In this document: positions 23,489 to 36,600 of the stretch, in pieces | Position numbering within the stretch: the stretch's first letter is position 1 | How the letters are laid out: each line of letters starts with the position of its first letter | Source of the DNA: Phoronis australis | Taxonomy: Eukaryota; Animalia; Phoronida | Direction: 5' to 3' | DNA: 64,000 nucleotides | NCBI GenBank assembly: GCA_002633005.1 | Contig: NMRA01000454.1 | Span: forward strand, 30,921 to 94,920 | The notes under the pieces: model-generated | Told to the model about the DNA's origin: nothing | The model's database searches: none | What the model saw: the letters and a program-made list of their open reading frames with translations, nothing else | Made by a program: the position numbers and the translations under genes

Positions 23489-24597
23489 GTGAAAATTTTA
23501 TGAGCTCTGTCTTCCGGGTTGGCGTGACTGCAAAATGCCAAAATGATGAAACATCTGAGTACAAGCTCATCGTCAAAGTACAGTCGTTTAACGAGGAAAC
23601 CATTAAACTGCATCGCGAAAACGGTCTTTTCTTTAAAGACATTCAGATGTACAAATCAATAATACCAGAGATGAGACGTTGCTATGGGAGTGAAAATGGC
23701 CCTTTAAACCTCTTCCCAAAATATTTCGGTGGGCTTGTTAGTGACCAACGGGCAGTGATGATATTGGGAGATTTGAGGGAAGAGGGATTTCAGATGGCTG
23801 ACGTCACTGCTGGTATGGATCTAGATCACTGCCGCCTTGTTATGGATGCTACCGCCAAATTCCATTCGCTCGGCTACGCTGTGTGTAAACGGTCCCCAGA
23901 AAAGATTAAACAGTGGAATACCTTTCTGCATCAAGAGTCCTTTTGTTCTGTATCGTTTGAAAATAAATATTTAAAGCTTTTCCAGAACTGTATCAATAGT
24001 ATAGTTGAAGTTGCAAGAGAAACAGAGACGAATGAGGCGGTGCTAAAACGCTTTGATTACTTGTGTTCTTCGAACATATTCCAAGAGCTTCGCAAGGCCT
24101 ACAGTCCCAACATTAAATATGCAAGTATTTGCCACGGCGATCTTTGGGAGTCGAATATTTTTTTTAAATACGATGCAAATTGCAAGCCCGTCAATGTCAA
24201 GTTCATTGATTTTCAGATAATTCGCTTTGCTCTGCCAACGACAGACCTGTCCATGTTCTTTTATCTCGCTACTACTCCGTGGTTTCGGCGTCGACACTTG
24301 GGGGAGTTACTGCAGCTGTATCACAACTCGTTGTTAGCTTACTTACGTCAACTTGACGTCGACTTACCTGGCTACTCCTTCACCGTATGTGAGGAACTGT
24401 TTTACAAGTACAACCTTATCGGAGTTGTCATGGCACTCATGTTTCTGCCAATGACCAAGGCTAAACCTGGAGATGTTATTGATTTTCAAAATCCTGGAGA
24501 AGATGGTGGCGATATTAGGCGCGCGGTCCGAAACAGTGACCATGTGAGATGGATGATTGAAACTCTATACGAAGGCCTAGAACTGGAATTGTTCTGA
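23489..24597 (+). CDS. Ecdysteroid kinase-like (EcKL / DUF227 / CHK) small-molecule kinase, coding exon 2 (total about 416 aa)
   Basis: GENFMSSVFRV, LIVK, FPKYF, GMDLDHCRLVMDATAKFHS, ICHGDLWESNIFFKY, VKFIDFQ..RF..P.TDL; acceptor ttctAG at 23487-23488. Confidence 0.92.
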
Positions 24598-25185
24598 AAT
24601 CTTTGCTGTTTGTCATCTTGCAACCCGTGATATTCATTTGCAACAAGGCGTTTTTTCCGCTTTCAAGTTCCGCTACTCGGCGACCCGGCCAGAGTACTGC
24701 TCGCCGCATTTTTTTACCGCTAGTCCTCTAGTTTGGTTCATCTGCATGTTCAGTTGTGTACATATACATCTGCATGTTTGGTGATCGAGGTATATGCTAA
24801 GTTGGTTCGTGTGTGTATTTAGTTTGGTACATGTATATGTTCAGTTCAGTTCAGTACATGTGTGTGCTTAGTTTGGAACATGTATGTTCAGTTGGATACA
24901 CGTAATGATATGTTCAATGGTATACATAATGGTTATACAACGTACGTGTTTGTACCAGTGGTTATTATATCGAGATTCGTGGCATGCAATAGTATTTGAA
25001 CGAGGGCGAACCTATGCGCCCCATTGAGGATTCTTTAAAGAATCGGGTTTACACAGATTGCTCCGCTTGTTTTGATGTCGTTTGTCATCTTTTATCAATG
25101 ATGATCGCAGATCGCGTGACACGTATACGTGCACGCAAAATTTTTATGAATGGAGTTTTTGCAGCCTGCATGACACGGCAGTTAA

Positions 25186-26288
25186 AGGCGAAGGCAACCT
25201 TTTCTCATGTCATTTTTAGCAAAAATACATGTAATGTTCGTTGGTTATCCCAGACATATTTTACACATAATTGTAATTTTTCGTAATATAATTAATTACT
25301 CGTCCTTTACTCCGGAAGTGACGTTTTGAGAGGCAAGAATTTCGCGCCAAATTGGCTCTTCGTTGAGTTTAGTGTGAGGATCTGTACTACTTTTGTTTTC
25401 GGGCTGTTTTTCTAAAATTGTCGTCATCACTTCCCATCGAATAGTTTTCTACGACAAACTAGGTTGTTAGAGAACCCAATTACGTTGGATTCTTTAGTTT
25501 GTTTAGTTTGTATTAATCTGGAAATGACTGGAGTCGGCGACACATATCACAGTGACAGTAGTGACTTGAGTAACGGAGACATTGTTCGTATAGCAGTGGT
25601 GTCGAGGAATTTTTTCACGAACAGTCAGTGGGTGGATATACTTTGTATGTATGAGCCCGAGAATAATGAGGCAGAGTATGCGCAGGCACAACTGTCCCAC
25701 TTGCCCCAGGGTCCCGCGACACACTCCCACTGGATGGTGACCTTAGCCGGGAATCAACAGCTACGGTATCGCACCCTTCTTCAGGCGTTGTTTCGCAGGG
25801 AGCTTCATCAATTCAGCGTACATATCCCTCTCGTAATCTGACGGCAGAAAGTGCTTGCCACACACTCGGTAACCCTCAACTGCTTTGAACGTTGCGTTGA
25901 CGGGTAACGCTGTGTTCTTCACACGAACGAGCCAAGTAGGCCTACGGCGAAGTATGCCATTCTTTGGAAAGCGATGCAAAGCCTGGAATTCCCAAAGCGC
26001 ACGTGAGACGATAATGAGTACATCCCGGTACGCAGCAACAGTGTGGCATGTTGTCTGACTCGTAAACAAAAGCAAACGAGGTAGACCAACCGACTCGACA
26101 CCTCTCACAGTCAGACTATATGAAAAGAAATTGGCGCGAAATTCTTGCTTCCCAAAATGTCACTTCCGGAGTAAAGCACGAGTAATTAATTAAAGTCCGA
26201 AAAGCTGCAATTAAGTGAAAATATGTCTGGGATAACCAATGAACCTTATTTTTGCTAAAAATGACATGGAAAAAGGTTGCCTTCGCCT
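25186..26288. mobile_element. Internally deleted Kolobok-type DNA transposon (about 165-bp TIRs, TTAA TSD) keeping the 5' ends of two convergent genes
   Basis: ttaa|aggcgaaggcaacc...ggttgccttcgcct|ttaa. Minus-strand THAP domain at about 25761-26049; plus-strand KolX-like start (MYEPE...HW) at about 25524-25735. Confidence 0.85.
25761..26049 (-). pseudogene. THAP zinc-finger domain (transposase N-terminus), frameshifted and truncated
   Basis: MPHCCCVPGC... / HRFPKNGILRRRPTWLVRVKN...RVCGKHFLPSDY...LKKGAIP gives C2CH, W and the AVPTIF-like box. Confidence 0.85.
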
Positions 26289-27259
26289 TTAAAGTTGTGT
26301 TTTACTGCAGCTACACTAGGCTTGGGGTGCATATCTGCTATTTTCCGTATTTTCGTCAGTGTTTGAGCTCAATCTATTTCTAAGTTAAAGTTTGCTTACA
26401 TTCCTGACGATTTTTCTTGACTTCGTTGAGTAACATCTGTGCGGGACACCCAAAGGTTGTGGCTGATGCACGTTCAGACGCTTCTTAAAAATGCTCCTTG
26501 CGCGGGGTTCTTATCATTTTTAGTTAGAAAGTATTCCGAAATTTATCGTAATATTGACAAAAATACAGTGTTTACAAAAGTTGCAGTTTTGCTTTTGGAC
26601 TCGACGTATTTTGATTGTTTTGAGAACGAATTTAAAAATTGACTCGTATTTTACCGTAAAGAACCTTAGCTAATGTGGTGCAATAGGTGACCAAAAGGAG
26701 GCATGCATTACTCAAATTGATTTCCTAATACCAAATGTATTGTGGCGAGTTCGAGACTTTTTGTGATTTTTAAATCACAAAAAGTAGAACACTTAAAAGT
26801 GTTCTACTCAGGTGCAAAATTTCAAGGTATATTAAGAAACATTGTCACTGATATTTTTATTTCACTTTTTTATTTAGTTTTCAGAACTCATATCATAATA
26901 TTGGCATGTGAAAATATTGCGCACGGGGTTGAACCAAAAGTGATGCTATATATATATAATCATGTTTCTTCGTGTGCTCAGGAGGGAATTTTGGCGAGAA
27001 TGAAGGCATCCGTATTCAACACGCGAGTAGTTCTTCCATATCAAACCTCACAATACGACCCGTATTTCATGGCCATACTATCACGCGTATACTGTAGGAT
27101 AAATGTACATTATATGTAGTTGGATACACGTAATAGTGTGTTCAATGGTATACATGTACATGTGTATGAGTTTTGATGATTTGAGTTTGGGACATGTACA
27201 TGTTGGCTTTGACTCATGTGTATGTTGAATTTCGTACGTGCAAATGTTAAGATAGGTGC

Positions 27260-27422
27260 CAGGGGCGGATCCAGGATGTTGAGGTGGGGGTCAGGGCAGA
27301 GTATTAACCAGGATTATGTTTGGGCAGAGTTTTAACCAAGATTTTGTTTGTCAGATATTTGCACTCCCGAACTGCCAAATGGAATCTCGCCCCCTTGCCC
27401 CATCCCCCTAAATCCGCCACTG
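27260..27422. mobile_element. Short MITE (caggggcggatccagg...aatccgccactg)
   Basis: Inverted GC-rich termini. Confidence 0.6.
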
Positions 27423-27899
27423 GGTGAATGTATATGTTCACTTTGTAATTTGTGTATATTCTGCTTGGTAGGTGTTTATTCTCAATAGGGGATTCTTGAA
27501 ACTTTAAGCAGTTTGGCGTGGTGACAAATACTCCAAATCTCACTCCATATTTAGATGTAATAATCATGTGTGCAATGAAAAGTTATTCAAAAACAAGAGC
27601 CACAATGGTTTAACTGGAGAATTGTTATGTTTGAAACGTTAACAGGACTATTCAGGGCGCAATTTATGGATCACATACACTGTAGATGTTACGAGAAGTC
27701 GAGCACTGATGGAAATGTTAAGTTAATGTCTGCTTTGGTGCAATCCATGTTGTAAGTGTTCTTAAGCAAGTTTTTAAGCACGTGCTTTATGCTCGGAGGC
27801 GCAAACGACATTTCTGTTAAACGTTTCACAGGCCAAACGATCAAAAACGAGGCCGGTCTAAGTCAAGGACAGATGTCCCTTTAATTGTGACCCCTTAAG

Positions 27900-28125
27900 A
27901 CATTATGAGAGATTGTTTTTAACAAACAGCAAGTTGATGCTGTATCTCATTATAAATATCTTAGTGTTTTTACCACACCTCAGTTGTTATGGTCGAAAGC
28001 GACGAAAACTTTCTCTTGTCAAGAACTTGTTTTGAAACTACAGCGCAGATGTTGCGATATGCCCTCATGATTTGCCTTTCAGTTATTTGATAAACTGGTG
28101 TACCCATCATTGTGTTATGGTGTCA
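27900..28125 (+). mobile_element. CR1/L2-group LINE RT C-terminal fragment (decayed)
   Basis: EIVFNKQQVDAVSHYKYLSVFTTPQLLWSKA...FQLFDKLVYPSLCYG. Confidence 0.7.
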
Positions 28126-28837
28126 ACTAGTTTTTTTGCAAATGTGGCTTGTTTGAGGGCTACCTGAAATCGCGGTCAATTTCTCAGTTGCTACACAGCA
28201 AGGCACAACTGCAACAGGGGGCCACCATCTTGAAGAAGAGTGCAGCTACAGCTGAGAAACTGGCCTTTTTCATTCCTAACACGTTCACAAATACAAAAAA
28301 ACACATTCACTTGGCCTACACATAATACCTAACTAAAAAATGCCCCCAAGCCTGGCCTAGCCTTAGATTTTAACAAATTTGCAAATTGGCCTCGGCCACA
28401 GCCTAACTATTTTGTTCCACCTTCTGCCTCTTGAATCATTGTGTGCTTCTCAAACCAAACAGCAGTGACACTCCTGAGAAGGCGAATTATTGTATGAAAT
28501 AATGATTCCATATAAAAACCATTTGAAAATGAAAAATCACTATATACTCAAAAATTCATACAGAGCTAATTTTTTATGCATCAGTGTCAGCCCAAACTGC
28601 ACTGCTGCAATATTTGCACTCAATGACCTTTGGTTACCGAGATATGACCTATTTGGCCTGTTGTTGTAGACAAAGAAAATTTATTTTTTTTGTTGCAGGA
28701 TCGAGCTTGTCCCTAATTTTGGAAATTTCACACTCAGTTGGCGAAACTCTAAGGCACTGGTGTCAATTTTTACTAACGGGTAAGAAATTAACTTGCGGCA
28801 GGGTTTCTTCGTGGAATCATGGTACCTGTTTATAACG

Positions 28838-28914
28838 CATGAGCGGCTCACCATAGGGGGCTGAGGGGCGGGGCGGGGGGCTATAGCCCCACTTCTCCAG
28901 CTGCACCGACCATG
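28838..28914. mobile_element. Tiny CATG-ended MITE-like repeat; related copies at about 49737-49880
   Basis: Shared caccataggggg..ggctatagcccc(c)actt between the loci. Confidence 0.5.
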
Positions 28915-30590
28915 GTCTATGCAGTGCATCTCAGGGGGGCTGTCCGCGCGGACTGATGGAATGGGACCTTGTTGAGAAGTATGGGTATGTAGTTACATCG
29001 TGTAATTATCTACCCTGCCTCATCTGTGAAAGCCATGCAGTGTCGAATTTTCGACTTTTTATCAGTCTGCCCATTTGGGCACGTGACCATGTCTTGTACT
29101 AAATTACCAAAAAGGGTGCATTGATAACATAGCAACGGCATCCACAACGGTATTCATCAGAACGGTATTCACATAAGGGTATTTACAACGGTTGTACGGT
29201 ATCGATTATATTTCAGAATGGTTTTAACGCTGTTACAATTTCTGGTCCTTTCGTTTTCATTTTACTATTTCATGATTCAGAATCATCAGAAGTTGTATTT
29301 TAGATACCGCGTAGTGCTTTATGCCAAAGTGGAACTCTTTAAAACATAAGCAATTTCTTACAGTGCTTTAACGAACACTGCATGAAGCATCATGGGTAAA
29401 ATCAAGTATAAGTCACTGCGCATTGTTGAGGCATGATGCTTTCGAACCGCAACTAGCTTGACTCAAACACTTGTAAAATACGAGACCATTGTACAGAGCC
29501 ACTCTGGTGCAAAGTTGAACCATTTATAGAGTTCCTATTGCTTGCTAAAAATCTCCTAGTATGAAGTGCTAGTTTGCAACACACTACTGAGTGTCGATAG
29601 AGTCGAGGTGGTGTACAGTATATATTGTCAGATTCGTCCAGTAGGCTACTATGTACCATAAAAATTGGGAACGGTTTTCTGGGTAAACCAAAATTCCTGC
29701 CAACAGTTATTGTATGACTCGCTATTCAAGGAGGTCACTAGTCTTGTTTTGAGATGTATCACGCATTACTGACACGGGTTGTTTATTTAACCAAATATGT
29801 GAGAACATTTATGATAACTTTTCATATTGTACTGTATATGGTAGCAACTTTAACGGATAATTATTTAATTGTTTATGATATGAATGCATGGATGAGATTA
29901 GGTCTGAACCACTGAGGAGCGATATTGTTCGTGGCGGATTACGTGGGATCATTACAAAGTGATAAGTGGACCGTACTTTTTAACTCTCGCTCTCACGACG
30001 ACCGGTGATTGCCTGGCCTAAAAGAGGGCATGGCAGTTCCAACTGAAATGTGTGCGTACAGTGAACTTGCCGGGAATACACGAGGAAATTAGACGAATTC
30101 ACTCAAATAACCACCTTCACGTTTATAACAATTTGCACTGTACTAAATCAAATTAAATGTTTATAAAATAACATAAATTTTAACCAATCCTTTTTTTAAC
30201 TATTGGCGGTCTTATTCCGGCACAAACAATAACCAATTTACACAATTGTATCACCTCCGATTCTTTAACACGAGTTACCCTAAAGAAGAAAATGGGTGAT
30301 CATGAGGCCAATGATTACAAAAATTCTTTACACTGACCAAAATATTTTCACCTTGTCATTCCACAAAATAATGAATTTTCAATTCCAATTTCGAAAAACG
30401 CGATCTTGAGATTAAACAGGCCCGTGATTCCAAGCATCAGCACAGCAGAAATGCCTCATTAATCTAACACCAGAGGTCTCTTTGCAAACAAACCAACCGT
30501 TAGGTGGCGCCTTACCCCGACCCACGAGTTCGCAGCAAAGCATCGGCTACCAACGACAAGTGATGAAATAACTGCCGAAATTGTGCGACG

Positions 30591-30631
30591 ATGTTTCGAT
30601 TACTATCTAAGAGTCCAAGGCATTACATTAA
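30591..30631 (+). CDS. PITRM1: PITRM1 exon 1 (start of mitochondrial targeting peptide, [14 protein letters not shown])
   Basis: ATG, Arg/Ser/Leu-rich, donor AA|gtatga; phase 2 matches exon 2. Confidence 0.75.
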
Positions 30632-33600
30632 GTATGAATTTGGAATCTAGCTAGCTGTATGAAGACTGTTGTCAAAATATAGCCTTGTGTATTTGAGCTC
30701 CAAACTGACAAGGGACATGCACTGTAGTGTAACAATAACATGGGATGGTGTATTATTTATAAAACTCGAGTTTGTTCAAGAAAGTATACTGCAGAGTGTA
30801 CAGTATTTGTACAATTTCAGACCTGTAGAGCAAAGATTGGCTTTCACTGCTCCTGCTGTACAACCATTTGTGGAGTTCCAGCAAGGCGACAAACTTCATG
30901 GCTTCACTGTGGACAAGGTAAGGGACACCTCGCCTGTCTAATTAGTCCTACTTGGTGTCACCTGCCACTGAGTACTGTGTGTGACACTGGAACTATCCAG
31001 AATGTGCTACCCAGCTCTGCTGTTGGTTGAGGTAGTCACCTGCCACTAAGTACTGTGTGTGACACCTGACTGGCGTTTAGATTCTGTTTGTGCTACTGGG
31101 CCCTGCTGTTGGTTGAGAGAGTCGCCTGTTACTAAGTACTGTGTGTTACACCTGAACTAGACCTTGTTTCAATACAGCATTTGCTACCTGGCCGTGGTGT
31201 GTTGAAGCAGTCACCTATCAACACTGTGCCATATATCAACACTTCCAATGTGGTTTGTTTCTGTTGAGTTTATAGCCATGGAAGTCAACATTTGCTCAAG
31301 TTTGCAGCATATTTATAAAAAATATATCTTGCGACCTAGTTGAAAAACCAGAATTTTATTTTTTGATTGACATTCATTATCAGTAACTATGTCTAAGTAG
31401 TTCTGTGTGCCTTTACTAAATCTTCTGAGGGCATTGTTTACACTGTTTTATTTTTTTTTTAGGTGGAAGCTGTCCCAGAATTCCACATGACAGCAGTGAG
31501 GCTTACGCATGACAAAACTGGTGCCCAACACCTGCACTTTGCTCGTGATGACTCCAACAATGTCTTCAGGTAAACGAGCATGTCTGGACTACAAGGATTG
31601 TACTAAATGTGGAGTATTGGGGTTCACCTGCAAAGTATGATGTCATTATAATGTGTGTGTGTATTACCCTGATTGTTTCATAACAATCCAATGACCAATA
31701 ACGATTTCAGAGCATTTTTTAGTGATACCACCCTGTATTCTATGAATTCTCAAAGTTTTTATCGCTGTGTGTGTTGAATTAGTCAAGTGCAATTCAGCCA
31801 TGTGATATAATTGTTTTCCATATTCCCCTCTCGCACTACTTCAACTATGCCCTCTGACATGGAAAGTCAAAAGGTAGGTCAATGTCGACTCGATGTCGTT
31901 AGCCAATTCAATTATCAACCTTTCTCAAGATAGTTTGAAGTAATACAATTGCAGTAGTATGAATAACATCCAGCTTGCAATCAGTTCCCAAACCTAACAT
32001 CTGGAACAAAACTGTCAATTATATGACCCTTCTGTCTCAGTTTTCAATTGCTAACTATTATATCGTCTGCAACTTGGGCGCTGATTCCTCGGTACCTACT
32101 CAAATATTGTAATAGCCACTGTTTTTACTTAACTTTTTTCAGGAAATTTTACAATTTAATGCACAATTACCGTTGTTTTCCTTGTTTTTTATCTTGTTTC
32201 AAGTAATAAATCATCAAGTGAAATTTAAAACTTTTACTGGAAAAATCTAATACCCTAATGCGTATTGGTCCGCCTCGTGAACACTCAGGGTGAATATTGA
32301 AAAAATCTGCCAAAAAATGAAAGCAATTGCTTACTAGGAATTCGAAGCGTATGGGATAAGTACAAAAATTACTTCAATTGGTGTTGATGAAATAATACCC
32401 CACCTTCGGTTTCGGTCAATACGCGGAATAATGTCTCATGGGGTATTACTTTATCTACACCTGTCCACTTTCGATACGTTTTTTGTATATATTGCACTGG
32501 AAAATGCAGTACTGGTTAGCTCTAAAAATGTGGCAGTGAAAGAGTTGAAGCAAAATTTTCCCATTTGAAACTTTTTTTGAATTTTATTGAGTCACCATTT
32601 TCTTTTGGAAGTAAACTTACAAATTTCAAAATAATCAGAAAGAAATTGTTTTATGCAGTCTNAGGCGAGTATGAAGGTGAGGTGAGGTGAGGGCGCAGGC
32701 GAGTGCGAAAGTGAGGTGAGGTAAGCATCCCGTGCATTCACCTGATGAAGTTTGTTAAATGTTGCTTTTTTATTGGATTTCCTGATGAATGAGTGACGAA
32801 GGACTGATGTCATTTAGTTAAAACTCAAGTGTTTCATAGCTTTTCATCTGGAATATGTTTACACAATATGGTGTTCCATAGATATACACCTGGCTTATCT
32901 TAACACAAAAAACAATTTCCATTAACATTAATTTTGTGCATCTTGACTCAGCTTGGGTCAATTTTGTCTACTTGTACAATTTTTTGTACACCTTGATAGA
33001 ACTGGTGAGCCGAAGTATAACGCATGTTTCATCTGTTTTTTCTGTTTGTTACAATAATCGATGCTAAAAGAGGCGTTTTTATCTCCTGGATGGGCATTTC
33101 ATTTCTAATTTAGACACCAATAATTTGTTTATGTTTGACTTTGCAAAAAGTTTGTTTCAACAGTTGTCTCTTCTGGTTTGTAGGAAAAATATTATGTTTA
33201 GTTTATTAAAATTAGAAGATTTTGAAATCCTTCAAAATTTTACCATTAGTAACAGTGTATTGTTTGTTTTCAGTGTATCATTCCGCACCACACCTTTGGA
33301 CCATACCGGCGTGCCACATATACTTGAACATACTGCACTGTGTGGCTCTGACAAATTCCCCGTTAGAGATCCATTCTTTAAGATGCTGAACCGATCACTT
33401 TCAACATTTATGAATGCTATGACTGGTAAGTTGGGGTACAGCGTACTAAACTGGGCTTTCCAAACTATATGACATTAATCACACATGACATTGAGGTAGA
33501 CATGTGTGAATTAATCATTTAGGTGTGCTTGCAAAATGCGTGCAAACTTTAAATGTCCATGAGAGTAATCTTCATGTCTTCAATGATGCTATATGTGTTG

Positions 33601-36600
33601 CAAAGTGGTTATCGGTTTTGTTCTAGATTATAATTCCATGACAACTGAGTTGTCGCCCAGTTGTCTGGTCATTGAGTGCAACAGTTCTTGGATTACTTGC
33701 GAGACAATCATTTGCCTTTATTTCTGCATGTTCGCAGGAATACATTTTTGCTAGAAAGTGTCAAATGGTTAAACAATGAGTTTTGATGTTTTCCAAAAAT
33801 TGCACAGTTTTGAAAGTATTGATAACCCTTTGAAATGACTTCAAACATACATATTCCCAGTCACATCTGTCCGAGATACTGTTGATGATTGTATAGATAT
33901 CGCTATTATTAAACTTGTTTCACTCACTAGTTGAAAAGTTTCCTGGATTTTTCAAAAGCACAATCTGCCTGTTTGACCCATAGGTAATAATTTGGTATGC
34001 CTATTTTTTCTGTGATTTGTCTGAAACCTATTCAAAAAATGCTAATTGTTGATGAAACTTTTTACATGTCACACTGGCGCAGTGGAGTTGGTAAGTCCCA
34101 GATTGCTGTGATTAGGAAATAATCAGTCGGAGAACTCAATTGAAGAGGTCAGATTTCACGAAATTTCTCTGGGGACAGCTGTCTCCTGTCCCTTCTGATA
34201 ATGCCTTCTTGATATATGCTTGTAGCTAGTGATTGGACGATGTATCCGTTCTCTACCCAAAACCCTCAGGACTTTGAGAACTTGCTGTCTGTCTACTTGG
34301 ACTCTGCTTTCAAACCACGACTCAGAGAACTTGATTTTGCGTAAGTGCAACCCTTTAGTTTGCAGCCTTATTATTGCTAATTAATTTGAGATAGCAGGTG
34401 AAGGGTCAGGGGCACCTCCACTCGTGCATTCCCTACATTTTATTTAACAAGTCTAGAGTTCAGTCACACCATGAATCTGTTCCAGCCTTCAACACCATTT
34501 TGACATTGATGAAATTTGGTATACAGCACACATCACAAATTTGTGTCCCACCAGTCAGAAGTAGGTTCACGGCTGGTGGACAGCCTTGCAGTTGTCTACC
34601 CTGCTACCAGTCGACCATGAAGGGCCAGCTGAGATGCCTCTCCACTCGTCACTTTGGTCGACAAACTGGTTACCTAGTTTTGATGGTCGGTTCAGATTAA
34701 TATGCCTCCAATCTCAACACCATGGAGATTTGAGGCTGTCATTGGCGGGAAAGAGCTGACTGTATCAACCTAGCAACTGTATCGGAATGGCTTGAAGAAC
34801 AATCTCCCAAAATCATTGTTGCAACGGACGGCTCACTAAGAGGTGACACTACAGCTTGGGCAGCAGTTGCTTGGACTCGCGAGGGTCAACGCCTCTTCGA
34901 ATGGTCAACAGCACTGGTTGGAAAATCCTTGTCTTTTAGAGCTGCATGCGAAGCATATGAAGACGCCCTAGTATGGCTCTCACAGAACACAACACCTGCA
35001 GACTGATCATTTCTACTTACAGACTCCCTCAGCCTCATTAGCAGGCTAAAAACTGGTCATGTGAAAGATTCCTGGATCCCTCTGTTCAGCTCTATTAATG
35101 GTCTCTTCATCAGTGTTTACATACCAGGACACTGTGGCATCTCATTCAACGTCAAGGCGGATGAGCTTGCAGGCATCGCAGAACCGATTGCCGACCTGCT
35201 CCTCACACCAGCAGATGTAATCTCCAGAGTGCGTGAATCGCTTACAGATGTTGAGATTGTACAACAGCAGGAGAGATGGGCAACAAAGCGCCTCATAGAG
35301 CGAGGATGGCAATATGGAGATGCAGCAAAAACTTGTATCAGGGCAAAAGATCAAAGAGTGTGTAACCAGCATGAACTTGGTTGCATCTCCAAATTTAAAT
35401 TGCGCGCGATACTGGAAGGAGGAGGGCAAGAGACAATCCTGGTGCCTACCCTCTGACGTCACCATAGAAACAGAAAATATGCTTAGCCTCGGTCGGCACT
35501 TACTTGTTTATGACTTGCAGGATGAACTTTGTCTAAAATGCTCTCAAGTCTTGACCCCGGTTTATTAACTTTGGTTCACTATTTATACACAGACTAAAAT
35601 AAATTAACCTGCGAATTGCATAAAATTACAGCAATGTAAATATTCATGTGGGCTACGGACCACGTTGTAAAATCTCATGTTAAATGATCGCAAAAATATA
35701 ATTTTGAACTGTTAGACAATGAGGCGCTTTTTATACTTACAGAATCAAGAATATGTAATAATGTTACAGTCAAATTGTTGGAAAATCTCAACATAACGCT
35801 GAACGTGTTACCTCCTTAGGTGTTTTCAAGCCGGGAAATATTCATTGATTATATTGCAGTTGTACTCATTGGCGATAAAAAAAATATTTTGGGACCAACA
35901 TCAACAATGGGTTGATCACTAGCGCAGATTTTAACATCATTGATGCCTAAAAACGTCGAGCGCAAATCATCAGCCTTTGATCCATCATTATCCAGAGTTT
36001 GAAGTTTGTAAAACAATAGTAACCTTACTATTTCGAAGTTACAGCTGTCTGAGCCCGATTCTATGTATTATGTGCGTTACTGACTACTTCAAGATGGGAT
36101 GATTAGTCACCAGGGTGACTGACTACTTCAAGATGGGATGATTAGTCACCAGGGTGACTGACTACTTCAAGATGGCATGATTAGTCACCAGGGTGACTGA
36201 CTACTTCAAGATGGCATGGTTAGTCACCAGGGTGACTGACTACTTCAAGATGGCATGGTTAGTCACCAGGGTGACTGACTACTTTAAGATGGCATGATTA
36301 GTCACCAGGGTGACTGACTACTTCAAGATGGCATGATTAGTCACCAGGGTGACTGACTACTTTAAATTGGCATGGTTAGTCATATCTAGCAAGTCTATTG
36401 ATATGAAGTTGAAAACGAACAACAACAACCTTCAGATGGATCCGACAGACACTGTGTCCCCTAGTGGCAATATCATTTTTTTCTGTTTTCCTCTGTTTCT
36501 CAGAAGCTTTTCATCGGATTTTCATGACTCTTGGTAAATAATTTTCTACTGAAACTATGGCATGTTCCTGTTTACGGATGGGTTCGACATATTTTGTGCC

